DNA of 63,494 bases, filler included, from Octopus bimaculoides (taxonomy: Eukaryota): NCBI RefSeq assembly GCF_001194135.2. It is 6 parts of 6 records of this genome, joined end to end, with 100 filler letters (N's around TTAATTAATTAA, not from the genome) between each part and the next. Parts side by side here need not be neighbours in the genome. Positions count along the whole stretch, not along the records: positions 30,163 to 44,586 come from NC_068993.1; positions 44,687 to 53,935 come from NC_068982.1; 4 more parts are not named here. One strand, 5' to 3'. The notes under the pieces are model-generated. The model saw only the letters and a program-made list of their open reading frames with translations. It did no database searches and was not told where the DNA came from. Within the stretch, counting starts at the first letter, position 1. Each line of letters begins with the position of its first letter. A program made the position numbers and the translations under genes. Below are positions 39,621 to 50,959 of the stretch, piece after piece.

Positions 39621-40085
39621 TGACCCTGGCTCAAACTGATGGCAGCCAGTCAGAATCCCATGATTGTTTATCTTCCTCCCCTCTACTTTACTGGAAGTGA
39701 TTCCTGGGTTTGCAACTGCTTCAGCAAGGTTGGAGTCGGAGAATACGTCACAACACATCACATCCCAGATTAGGAATTCCCCTCCCACATTAAGTTTCGT
39801 GTTAAATTCTTCTTAATTGGCAATCCTTCGGTATTCATATGCAATACCATGATATCATTCACCCACACAACCTCATACTGACACTCTAAAGACCAATACC
39901 GGAGGATCACTTCTTGGTTTCCTATCATTATTATATCACTATTTGAAGTGGCAAGGTCACAAGACCATTTGTGTGGGGGACTGATATGTTGCTGTGGTAG
40001 GCCTCTTTCCGACAGACCTTCATGATTTGTCTTACCACCTAAATGCTTAGTGGAATTTCTTCCAGTTCTCAATTCCAGTTCTGTT

Positions 40086-40116
<31 letters not shown>

Positions 40117-40549
40117 ACAAATTAAAAGGGTAAAGGTTTATCAATTTATTAATTTATTAATAAATCAACAATTAATAATTTTTACCAAGCCCTTCGGTAT
40201 GTAAACACCATTATCGGTGGAGAACTTATTTAAAAGTTCATATACATTTATAAACATAATTAAGGGATCAGCAAACATTTGCTTCACCACATACCGAAGT
40301 TCAGAAATAGCAGCNNNNNNNNNNNNNNNNNNNNNNNNNNNNNNNNNNNNNNNNNNNNNNNNNNNNNNNNNNNNNNNNNNNNNNNNNNNNNNNNNNNNNN
40401 NNNNNNNNNNNNNNNNNNNNNNNNNNNNNNNNNNNNNNNNNNNNNNNNNNNNNNNNNNNNNNNNNNNNNNNNNNNNNNNNNNNNNNNNNNNNNNNNTATA
40501 CATATATATATATATATAGATATATATATATATATATATATATATCAAG

Positions 40550-41385
40550 TCATCCCATAAGTTCTGTCCAAATTTTGAATAAAGAAAACAAGTGATCAAA
40601 TGTTATATTCAATTGAAATTTAATCATCAATGTACTTTCCCTGATTATCTGTGACTTCTTTCCATCTGTTTACAAGCTTTTTAATCCCATCAATGTAAAA
40701 CTCTTTTGGTTTCAAAGTGAAGAACTCTGAAATGTCAGTTTCGACCTCCTCCTGGCTTGCGAAAGTTAAAACAGATTTACTTTAATATGGGATAGGACCG
40801 CCTTTGGCAGTAATTACAGCTTAAATTCTACGAGGTATGGACTCAAACAAAGTTTGAAATTTGCCAAAGGAATTTTTGTCCATTCTTCAGCTAAAATAGT
40901 CTTCAGTTCTTGTAGTGATGATGGTGGAGGATATCAACTCCTTACTTTTTTTCCTAAAATGCACCATAAATGTTCAATAATATTGAAATCTGGGGACAGT
41001 GGTGGCTAGATAAGATGTTCAACTTCACTAGAATGTTCTTCGTGCCATCCACTAACAACTTTAGCTGTGTGAATTCGTGCATTATCATCCTGAAAGATTG
41101 TGTTTCCCTCCAGAAACAGTTCTGCAACCATAGGATGAATTTGATCACATAAAATGCTTAAATAGACTTAACTATTAATTCTGCAATGAAGGAAAACCAT
41201 TGGGCTGGTGGATTTTCAAGATATAGCCCCCACCCAGATCATCACAGATCTTCCTCCAGTTGGAAGAAGGCAGTCTGGGTCAAATGCTTCTGTTGGCTGT
41301 CTCCACATATATACTCGGCTAGCGGTTGGAAATAAGGTAAAGGATGACTCATCTGAGAAAATAATTGAACCAGCAGTCTTGCAGT
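40550..41385 (-). mobile_element. Tc1 (DD34E) transposase relic
   Basis: IIFSDESSF...GGRSVMIW, FQDDNARIHTAKVV, SPDFNIIEHLW: all three catalytic motifs, with frameshifts and stops. Confidence 0.85.
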
Positions 41386-41390
41386 TGCAA

Positions 41391-41510
41391 AAGAGACCAA
41401 TAGAATAAGTACTAGGCTTACAAAGAATAAGTCCTGGGGTCGATTTGCTCAACTAAAGGCAGTGCTCCAGCATGGCCACAGTCAAATGGCTGAAACAAGT
41501 AAAAGAGTAA
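41391..41510 (+). mobile_element. SINE 3' tail
   Basis: AGAGACCAATAGAATAAGTACTAGGCTTACAAAGAATAAGTCCTGGGGTCG...GCTCCAGCATGGCC, matching other copies. Confidence 0.8.
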
Positions 41511-41609
41511 ATACATGGACACGCACAAACACATGCAGGCATATGCACACATCTGCATATATATATATAAATATATATATATGTATGTATATCAATATAT
41601 ATATATATA

Positions 41610-41652
<43 letters not shown>

Positions 41653-41654
<2 letters not shown>

Positions 41655-43020
41655 AGTACCAGCAGATAAAGCAGCAGGTAATTTTGTAGTAATTTGTAAA
41701 AATATGATGGTCGTAGGTAAAGAGTTAGGAGTGGGTAAGGAATTTAAGTTTATAGGTAAACACACATACAAAGTTATATCAGAAGGCGTTAATGAATTAG
41801 TTAATAGACTTCTACCCACAGAAGAAAGATTGAGTGGTTTAGAAGTGAAAGAAAAGGATAAAAATATCCCTAAACTTTTTGGGATTCCTAAACTACATAA
41901 AGTTCCTTTTAAAAGTAGATTCATGGCAGGAGCTAGTAATTGTACAAATAAACAGCTATCTATATTGGTTAATAATGCTTTAAAAGTTGTTGACGACGAC
42001 GATTGTGATAAAATCTATGACAGTTCAGGGATTAATTATTTTTGGAGTATTAGATCAACTAAGGTATTTCTCGATAGGCTGATCAACTGTAAGAAAGTTA
42101 AGAGTGTGTATGTGTATGGTTTTTTGATATTATATACAAACTTAAATCTTAAATGTGCGGAAGATGATATTTTTAGAATATAAGAAATTATTTTTAATAA
42201 AGGATATAAATGTATATTTTTAAAGAATGGTAAAAATTTCTTGTCTAATTGTTGTTATAAGGGATATACTAATATAAATAAGAGAAAGATGAAAGAAATG
42301 GTTAGTTTTATTATCAATAATTCATTTGTAATTCGTTTGCGGGTAGGGTGTTTGAGCAGATTAAGGGAATTCCAATGGGTGGCATTTGTAGCCCTCTGTT
42401 GGTGGACCTTTATCTTTTTTTATGCGAGTTCCTTTTTCTTAAAGACCGACGTGCGATGTAAAAAATTGGTTTGCTTAAACAACTTAATGGATGCTGCAGA
42501 TACATAGATGATATATTTATACCTAATTATGGCTTCTTTAAATTTTTACTCAGAAAAATATACCCTAGTGAGTTTTATAGCCACCAGAAATGGTAACAAT
42601 ACAAGAAATATTAATTATTTAGAAGTTAATTTAGTAATTAAAGATAATGATGAAATATGGACCGAGATTTATAATAAAAGAGAATATTTTGGTTTCCAAG
42701 TGGCTTCAATGCCATGGTTCAGTTGTAGAATTCCTTCTTTTATTGGTTATAATGTTTTTGTAGGGCAAATTGTCATATATAGGACTATTATTAATAATAC
42801 TAATAATTTTTTGGATAGAAAAAATAAATTGTTAAGACATTTAGTAAAACAAGGGTACAGATATGGTAAATTGGTTAACACTTTTAATCGCTGTTTAGGT
42901 GGGAGACTTGAAATTTTAAATATCTATGGGGTAGTATCAAGCCTTCAACTTAGCAAATTGCTTACTACGTCACCAATATTGTTTGAAGTAGTTATTATAT
43001 ATTACATCATCTATAGTTAA
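41653..43020 (+). mobile_element. Penelope-like element reverse transcriptase relic, probably Naiad type (RT at C-terminus), 5'-truncated
   Basis: [44 protein letters not shown](fs), YIDD(fs), KQGY...; the ORF ends at 43020 with no GIY-YIG after it; bounded by (TA)n microsatellites. Confidence 0.75.
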
Positions 43021-44069
43021 CACTGTTTCAAGTTCTAGAAGTGATGGAACCACATGGTTTGAAAAAACATGTAAGTGTTAATACTTTGTAGTTTTGTTAT
43101 CTTTTAGGCAATTTCAATTTAGCTTTAATTGTAGCAAGGTTTTATAATAATAGTTAATTACAAGTATATTTTTATTAGTTCCTACTTAATTAATTTAATG
43201 TTTCTATTAGCTACTAGTAAGTTTTCATTAAGGCTTGTAAGTGTGATATATATTAATGAGTATGTAGTGTTTTTATTAACTTTATAATTATGAAATAATG
43301 TATTTCACTCATAATTATTATATTATTCGTTAAATTAAATTCAGTTGTGTTATTTTTTTTCCAAGACAATTGAAATAAAGCTCTCACTTTTTTGTTTTTT
43401 TGTATTATTATTATTGTAGTAACTATGGAAGACTGGTGGGATTATTATTTGTATAGACTTAAAGATTGGTCACCATTTAGTAAATAATTTAGTTGTTGTA
43501 GGTTTACTATAAATGCCGATGCAGATGTCCATAGATTTATGTGTTTCTTTGTTGTAGTTTAGTTTCAAAGTTAGTGTTATTCCTGCCTATATTTAGATTG
43601 AATGAATGAGGTTATTAAGCTTATATTATACTATGGAAGACTGTAGGGAATAAAATGTATGATTTAAATGTTTGGTCGTTGCTTAGTTACATATTTAGCA
43701 GTTGGTTATTGATTTACTTATTGAATTTATTTACTGCTACTGTTATACATTGGGTAAATGTGTTTGGAAGTTATGGTTTCTTTGGTATGTTTGTTCCCAA
43801 CCAACACTTATTTTAGTGCTGTTGACGCTGCCATATTGAATGGTACTGCCCAGGTGTCGAAACCATAAACATATCCGTGGGGCAGCTGATGATGGAGGTA
43901 GGTTGGATTGTTGGTATGGCTGTTTTTGTATATGTGGAATAGTATTATAACACATCCTTCTGATATATATAAGTGGATCTGCCTAATCGCTGTGTCTCCA
44001 TGGCAAGAAGCTAGTAGCTCCTATCTTAAATACTGTATACACTAAATGATATATATATATATCTATCTA

Positions 44070-44586
44070 TCTATACTATATATAAAACAGAGATGTGTGT
44101 ATAATCGCTTATCACGTGAAAACGGCTTCAACATTTACTTCCATACTTTGTGATGCATGAATAATTTGACCTCGGATAAATCTTAGGCTCTTCATTTGAT
44201 TTTTTTTTATTAAGATAAATAATATTGCTTTATATTTAAGATTCACTTCTTTAAAAATGTTCCTCAATGTCAACTTCCGGTAGCCATAGTTTTTTCTTCA
44301 CTTTCACTTCAATCGTTACTGTTCGCCATAAAAGTTTACTCACATTTACTGATGTAAGTAATTTCATCATTTACTAACAGAAGTACGGTTTTGTGTTGCT
44401 GTTTCGTTCACAGAGTGACAAATTTCGCTTCAACCTCACTTCAACTTCAATCGTTACTGCTCTCAATAAAAGTTTACGTTTTCATTCGCTAACAAGTTCA
44501 CATTTACTGATGTAATTTCATCATTTACTAACAGAAGTACGGTTTTGTGTTTCCCTGTTGCTAAGGGTTTTTTTTTCTGGTACCTT
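44070..44586 (+). mobile_element. Possible non-autonomous Helitron 5' part with internal tandem repeats
   Basis: Begins TCTATACTATATATAAAACAGAGATGTGTG; duplicated ~100-bp block at ~44303-44400 and ~44440-44550; truncated by a gap. Confidence 0.4.
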
Positions 44587-45162
44587 NNNNNNNNNNNNNN
44601 NNNNNNNNNNNNNNNNNNNNNNNNNNNNNNTTAATTAATTAANNNNNNNNNNNNNNNNNNNNNNNNNNNNNNNNNNNNNNNNNNNNATAACATGCGTTTT
44701 CTCCAATCCTTAAATTCTTAAATATACTCAAATACCCAAAATTTCAAGGAGTTCCTGCCTTAAAAACAGGAGCTAACCACAGTTATTTTGTGTTCTTTGC
44801 TACATTGGTTTCTATTAACCCATTTATTCTATCAGAAGAATTTTTATTCATTAAGATAGAAGAAATACACATAATTATATATATATAGGTTATGAGAGAT
44901 AGTGGTGTCAATTAAACCAAGAGGTTTCAGGTAACGCTGAGTAAGTGCTATGGATAGACCATAGTTAAGCTCCAGGTTCGGTGATTATGCGAATAAGGGG
45001 TCCAACGTAGGTCATGTATCAGCATGTGAATATAAGGATTTACTTTTCGTGATGAGATAAAAAAAAACCAAGGCTGTGTGCATTATAGAACATTTATAAA
45101 TAGAAGGTCTTACAGCTGTTTCCAGGACATTTATTATATCCCTTTATCTCATTACGAAAAGT

Positions 45163-45164
<2 letters not shown>

Positions 45165-45194
<30 letters not shown>

Positions 45195-47549
45195 GTTTAA
45201 CGTCCGCTTTCCATGCTAGCATGGGTTGGACGATTTGACTGAGGACTGGTGAACCAGGTGGTTACACCAGGCTCCAATCTGATTTGGCAGAGTTTCTACA
45301 GCTGGATGCCCTTGCTAACGCCAACCACTCCGAGAGTGTAGTGGGTGCTTTTACGTGCCACCGGCACGAAGGCCAGTCAGGCAGTACTGGCAACGGCCAC
45401 GCTCAAAACGATGTCTTTTATGTGCCACCTGCACGGGAGCCAGTCCAGCGGCACTGGCAACGATCTTGCTCGAATGTCCTTACATGTGCCACTGGCACAG
45501 GTGTCATCACGATTTCGCTTTTGCTTGCCTCAACAGGTCTTCACAAGCCGAGTTTCTGTGTCCAATGGAGACGACGTTGGCATGGGCACTGTCCGTCGAA
45601 ATTAGTTCAATTTCACTTGCCTCAACAAGTCTTCGCAAGTGGAGTTAAGTGTCCAACGTAGGAAGGTAAGCATCCAGGCAGAGGCCTTGGATTTAGGTCT
45701 CACTTGGCTTGCCGGGTCTTCTCACGCACAGCATATTTCCAAAGATCTCGGTCAGAAGTCATTGCCTCGGTGAGGCCCAATGTTCGAAGGTCGTGCCACA
45801 CCACCTCATCCCAGGTCTTCCTGGGCCTACCTCTTCCACAGGTTCCCTCAACTGCTAGGGTGTGGCACTTTTTCACACAGCTATCCTCATCCATTCTCGC
45901 CACATGACCATACCAGCGCAATCATCTCTCTTGCACACCACAGCTGATGCTTCTTAGGTTCAACTTTTCTCTCAAGGTACTTACACTCTGTCTAGTATGC
46001 ACACTAACATTACACATCCATCAGAGCATACTGGCTTCATTCCTTGTGAGCCTATGCATGTCCTCAGCAGTTACAGCCCATGTTTCACTGCCATGAAGCA
46101 TGGCTGTTTGTACACATGCGTCATACAGTCTGCCTTTTACTTTGTGTGAGAGACCCTTTGTCACCAACAGAGGTAAGAGCTCTCTGAACTTTGACCAGGC
46201 TATTCTTATTCTAGCACCTACACTTTCAGTGCACCCTCCCCCGCTACAAACTTGGTCACTTAAGTAGCGGAATCTATCAACCACTTCTAGTTTTTCTCCC
46301 AGGAATGTGGCAGAAGTTGTTTTCTGCACATTTACAGTGTTTATAGCTCCTGAACATCTGCTACAAACGAAAACTAACTTCCTAGTTAACCTTCCTTTGA
46401 TATTGCTGCACCTCTTATGTGTCCATAGCTTGCACTGGGTGCATCTTATAGAGTTCCTACCCACGTCTTTTTTACAGATCGAGCAGGGTCATCTATCTGA
46501 AGGGGTTTGTGTTTTGTCTACCTTCCTACTTATTAGGACTTTGGTTTTAGCTAGGTTCACTCTAAGGCCCTTCGATTCTAGTCCCTGCTTCTACACCTGA
46601 AGCTTCTCCTCTAGTTCTGTAGTGCAAGGTCACCAGCATAGAGGAGCTCCCAGGGGCATCCTGTCTTGAATTCCTGTTATAGCCTGAAGGACTATGATAA
46701 ATAGGAGGGGGCTGACAACAGAACCTTGGTGGACCCCTACCTCCACCCGGAATTCTTCACTGTACTCGTTGCCAACCCTCACCTTACTAACAGCATCTCT
46801 GTACATTGTTTGCACAGCTCTCACTAACCATTCTTCTATCCCTAGTTTCCTCATTGACCACCAGATGAGGGATCGGGTGACCCTGTCGAAGGCTTTCTCC
46901 ATGTCAACGAAAGCCAGGTACAGAGGTTTATCCTTGGCTAGGTATTTCTCCTGAAGCTGTCTTACCAGAAATATAGCATCAGTGGTGCTTTTCCCAGGCA
47001 CAAACCCAAACTGCATCTCATCTAAACTGACTCGCTCCCTAATTAGTTGGGCTATGACCCTCTCCGTGACTTTCATTACCTGATCTAAAAGCTTGATACC
47101 TCTGTAATTATTTGTATCTAAAGCGTCACCTTTACCATTGTAGCAGTTGACTATGGTGCTGCTACACCAGTCATTGGGTATGACTCCTTCGTGTATCACC
47201 TGGTTAACAATATGGGTGACTAGGCTATAGCCGACACTGCCAGATATTTTGAGCATCTCTGCAGTGATTCCTGATGGGCCAGGGGCCTTCCCTGTCTTCA
47301 TACTCTTAATTGCTTTATCTACCATTGTATTGTCAACTCGGATAGCTGGTCCCCTTGTTGGGTTGACATTCGGCAGACTATCTTTCTCCCATTCATTCTC
47401 TTTATTGAGCAACCTTTTGTAGTGGCGTCTCCAAACCTCTTTCTTTGCAGCCTCGTTTAGTGCAAGCGTACCATCATCTATGCGAACACATTTCTCTCCC
47501 ACGACATCACACTGTCTTGCAACACGAAATACCTCAAGTCTTTGGTCCT
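45165..47549 (-). mobile_element. Young RTE LINE, 5'-truncated (no endonuclease), RT with few lesions and an in-frame PHD-type finger
   Basis: ORFs 47562-46630, 46464-46021 and 45921-45700 contain KAPGPSG, YRGIKLL, FVDMEKAFDRV, VHQGSVVSPLLF, LLYAGDL, RWYGHVARM; 3' UTR ends in a (GAT)n tail. Confidence 0.95.
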
Positions 47550-47614
47550 TATATATATACATATATAAGAGACTCAGGAAATTGATTCTCTCAAATGCCC
47601 TGGTGGCTGATTAG

Positions 47615-48467
47615 AGGTAGTAGATAATTTCTGCTATGTAGAGGACCAAATTAGTAGTGAGGGAGAGTGTGATAGTTAGAATAAAAAGAGGATGGAGGAA
47701 ATTTAGAGAGCTGTTACCTCTGTTGGCCATGAAAGGTTTCTCTCTGAGTGAAAGGAAGATTGTATGATGCAGGTTTACAGACAACAATTCTACATGGTAG
47801 TGAGACGTGGACCCTGAATGTAGAGGACATGTGAAGATTATAAAGGAATGAAGCTAGTATGTTCTGCCGGATGTGTAATGTAAGTGTATATGTTCGACAG
47901 AGTGCCAGTGTTCTGAGAGAAAAGTTTGGCATAAGAGGAATTGGTTGCTGTGTGCAAGAGAGAAGACTGCACTGATTTGGTCATGTGATGTGGGTGGATG
48001 CCGACAGCTCCATAAAAAAGTGCAGATCTCTCAAAGTGGATGGAACATGTGGAAGTGGGAGACCCAGAGAGACATGGGATGAAGTACTGAAGAACGACTT
48101 CAGGCAGCTGAACCTTCAGACGAGATGACAAAGGACTGAGATACCTGACCGTACTCAAGAAGACCCATATCCCACAGCAGAAGTGTTAAGATCAATCCTG
48201 CTGGTGGTGTAAAGCTCTTGTCGTGGTGCTACATAACAGTGCCCATGCGGCATCATAGAAAAGAGCTCATGTGGCATCACGTAAAAGAGCCCATGCCATG
48301 CCACATAAAAGCACCTAGCACTCTGTAAAGTGGTTAGTATTAGAAAAGGCATCCAGCTGTAGAAAACATGCCAAATCAGACTGGAGTCTGGTGCAGCTAC
48401 CTAGCTCTGGTCAAACCATCCAACCCATGCCAGCATGGACAATGGATGTTAAATGAGGATGATTATG
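47615..48467 (+). mobile_element. Older RTE LINE 3' end, same family as 45165-47549, in inverted orientation
   Basis: WRKFRELLPLL, LHGSETW, GHVM, GRPRETWDEV motifs; 3' end CAACCCATGCCAGCATGGA...GTTAAATGAGGATGAT parallels the neighbouring element. Confidence 0.85.
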
Positions 48468-48823
48468 TCAGATACAGGACTGGTTATTTTGAAAAATTTA
48501 TGTAAAAAATTTTCGGTGTGCTAAGAAATTCTCATTTTATCAGCCAAGAAAGGCAGAGTTAATCTCTGTGGGAATTAAATTTAGGAGGTATTGTATTTGC
48601 ACTCTCGCGATTCTACCAACCACCCCACCACCATTGGTATCTCCTCCAGTGAACAAACCTCTGTGTGGTCGCTCGGCTTGCTAGAAATAGCAGCCAATAT
48701 CCCTCCAATAACACATTACTGTCTTAAAGGAAATACATCTTGCATAATGTAATCCTTGATGGCTAGAACAATTATCGGATCTTTTTGGTTTGACAGGCAA
48801 CATTTTTCATTTATTTTTGATGT

Positions 48824-49784
48824 AGTGTTTTTGGTACCGAAACACTTTCAAACTTCGTATACTTGTATATTTTGTGTTATAGAACAGATAAAAATTTTTG
48901 CATTCGAAGTTATTTCATGTTAAAAATTGTCTTATTTCGATAATTTCAATCAATCACTGACGTCTATTCTGTTGAATACAGTTACTGCTGTGGCGGTGTA
49001 TATGGTATTAATCCCTGTTAGTTCTGACAGCCAACAATAAATATTCCAAATGAACAAACCGACCCACACTTTCCAACTTCACTATGAAATAACAGAATCT
49101 ATATATACTCTCTCGGTGGAAGAAGTATCATAATTACCAAATGGTAATCGGTTAGCATATTCGGGGCCAGTTTGATTTGAAGAAGATTTGGCTGCTATTT
49201 CTAGGAAATGAAGCACTTGGTGGAGGTGCATTAATAATTCTGCCAGCTCCAATAACAAGTGCAAGCAATATTCAAGTATTTTGATGGCTTTTTCCCCTTA
49301 TTAGCTATTATTCAATCAACTGAAACAAGTAGAATAGTGTAATTCAAGCATAATAGCAGCCAAATCTTCTTCAAATCAAACTCTACCATCATTTAGAAAA
49401 TGTGTTACTGAGTACTAGCGAAAAATTGTTACAAACACAGATACGCACAGTGTAATTTATTATATAAACAATATATGCGTATAAATTACCATTTTTCTGT
49501 AATTTTGTCTGCTTCAAAAGAAAACAAACCAAAAAACCGGATGAAATATGTCAACATGGAATAACATTTTTCTCACTGGCAAAAAATTATTGTTTACAAA
49601 ACAGCAGTAACTGTATTCAGCTGAATAGACGTCAGTGATTGGTTGAAATTACAGAAATACGACAACTTTAACATGAAATAACTTGCGATGTACAATTTTT
49701 TGTTAAGAAGGCTAAGAGAAAAAGTTGTTTTATATGACACATTCTACCAGTGTCCCAAGTTTAAAAGTGTTTCGTTAAGAAAAC
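48824..49784. mobile_element. Long-TIR fold-back DNA element (~170-180 bp arms) with a nested perfect 30-bp inverted repeat
   Basis: 48824-48990 is the imperfect reverse complement of 49601-49784; 49170-49199 is the exact reverse complement of 49352-49381. Confidence 0.75.
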
Positions 49785-49941
49785 AAGTGTTGCCCGTCAA
49801 ACCAAAAAGATCTCAATTATTATGTACTTGATCAGGGCTGATTGGATTGTTGGGGTTAAACAACAAAAGCTGGTATTTCTGTACAGAGTAAATAAAGTAA
49901 AGCTAACTTTGTTGGTTTATATAGATGAATGCACAACTTAC

Positions 49942-50130
49942 CTTCGGTGGTTTAATGAAGCATTTGGGTAGTTTGGGAATGGTCATCTCTTCACGGCGTT
50001 TCTTTCGTCCAAATGAACAATTGGTAGCAATAGGGTCATCGATGGAATAAATGGGATCTCCAGGATTGAGTTCGTTGACAAAGTTATCAGAGTGAAAGTC
50101 CGTATTCCAAACTGTCCAGTGTGATTCCAT
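49942..50130 (-). CDS. First coding exon of an unidentified gene (63 aa: MESHWTVWNTDFHSDNFVNELNPGDPIYSIDDPIATNCSFGRKKRREEMTIPKLPKCFIKPPK)
   Basis: Acceptor TTTTCTGCTTTGGTCAG (exon starts 50138), in-frame TAA directly before the ATG, the only open frame of three, perfect AAG|GTAAGT donor at 49941, non-repetitive. Confidence 0.7.
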
Positions 50131-50229
50131 TTAAACTACTGACCAAAGCAGAAAATAAATAATAATAAAACAAAAATTTGTGGAAAAGAACGATGCAAGA
50201 TTAGCGAAGCAATATAGCTAATATTTTTC

Positions 50230-50360
50230 TGCCAAGGTCAACTTTGCCTTTCATCCTTTAGGGGGTCGATAAATTAAGTACCAGTTGCGTACTGGGGTAG
50301 ATCTAACCGACTGGCCCCCTCCCCCAAAAATTCGGACCTTGTGCCTAGAGTAGAAAAGAA
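50230..50360 (+). mobile_element. SINE 3' half
   Basis: GTCAACTTTGCCTTTCATCCTTTAGGGGGTCGATAAATTAAGTACCAGTTGCGTACTGGGG. Confidence 0.8.
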
Positions 50361-50397
50361 TATATCTAATATTAGTAAATCTCAAGTTTGCTTGCAA

Positions 50398-50804
50398 GGC
50401 ATTCTTTCGTTTTGACTTGAAAAATCATAACGCAGTACTCAGTAATTTCCGTGGGCACGTGCTGTCTTGTCAACTGTCAGTTGATGTATCAAAAGGTTTT
50501 TTTTCTTCAAGTTTAAAATGCGACATTGTTTGTGTAATTTTGTTATATCTACATTCCACAACACATAAATATATAAAAACAGAACCAGCACACACACACC
50601 CAGAGGAACAAGCATGCACACACACATGCACGCGCGCGCGCACACTCACACACACACACACACAGAGGAACAAGCATACACGTACGTATAACCCATTAGC
50701 TTTCTCTTTCCATTTCGATACGTCAACTGACAGTTGACATGACAACACGTACTCACGGAAATTACCGAGTACTGCTTTATGATTTTTCGAGTCAAAAGAA
50801 TGCC
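50398..50804. mobile_element. MITE-like element with ~95-bp terminal inverted repeats
   Basis: GGCATTCTTT...GTCAACTGTCAGTTGATGTATC (from 50398) pairs with GATACGTCAACTGACAGTTGAC...AAAGAATGCC (to 50804); no TSD visible. Confidence 0.75.
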
Positions 50805-50959
50805 AGATCACACATAAAGTGAGAGTTTATTCAATGCAAAACTTAATATCTCTAATCACTTTCCAAACTTGCTAAAAAAAAAAAACAAAAAAAAAAACTT
50901 TGCATATTCATTGGCGGCGGAGAAAACATACACCACCCGTTTTCGGCGTAACAAAATCC

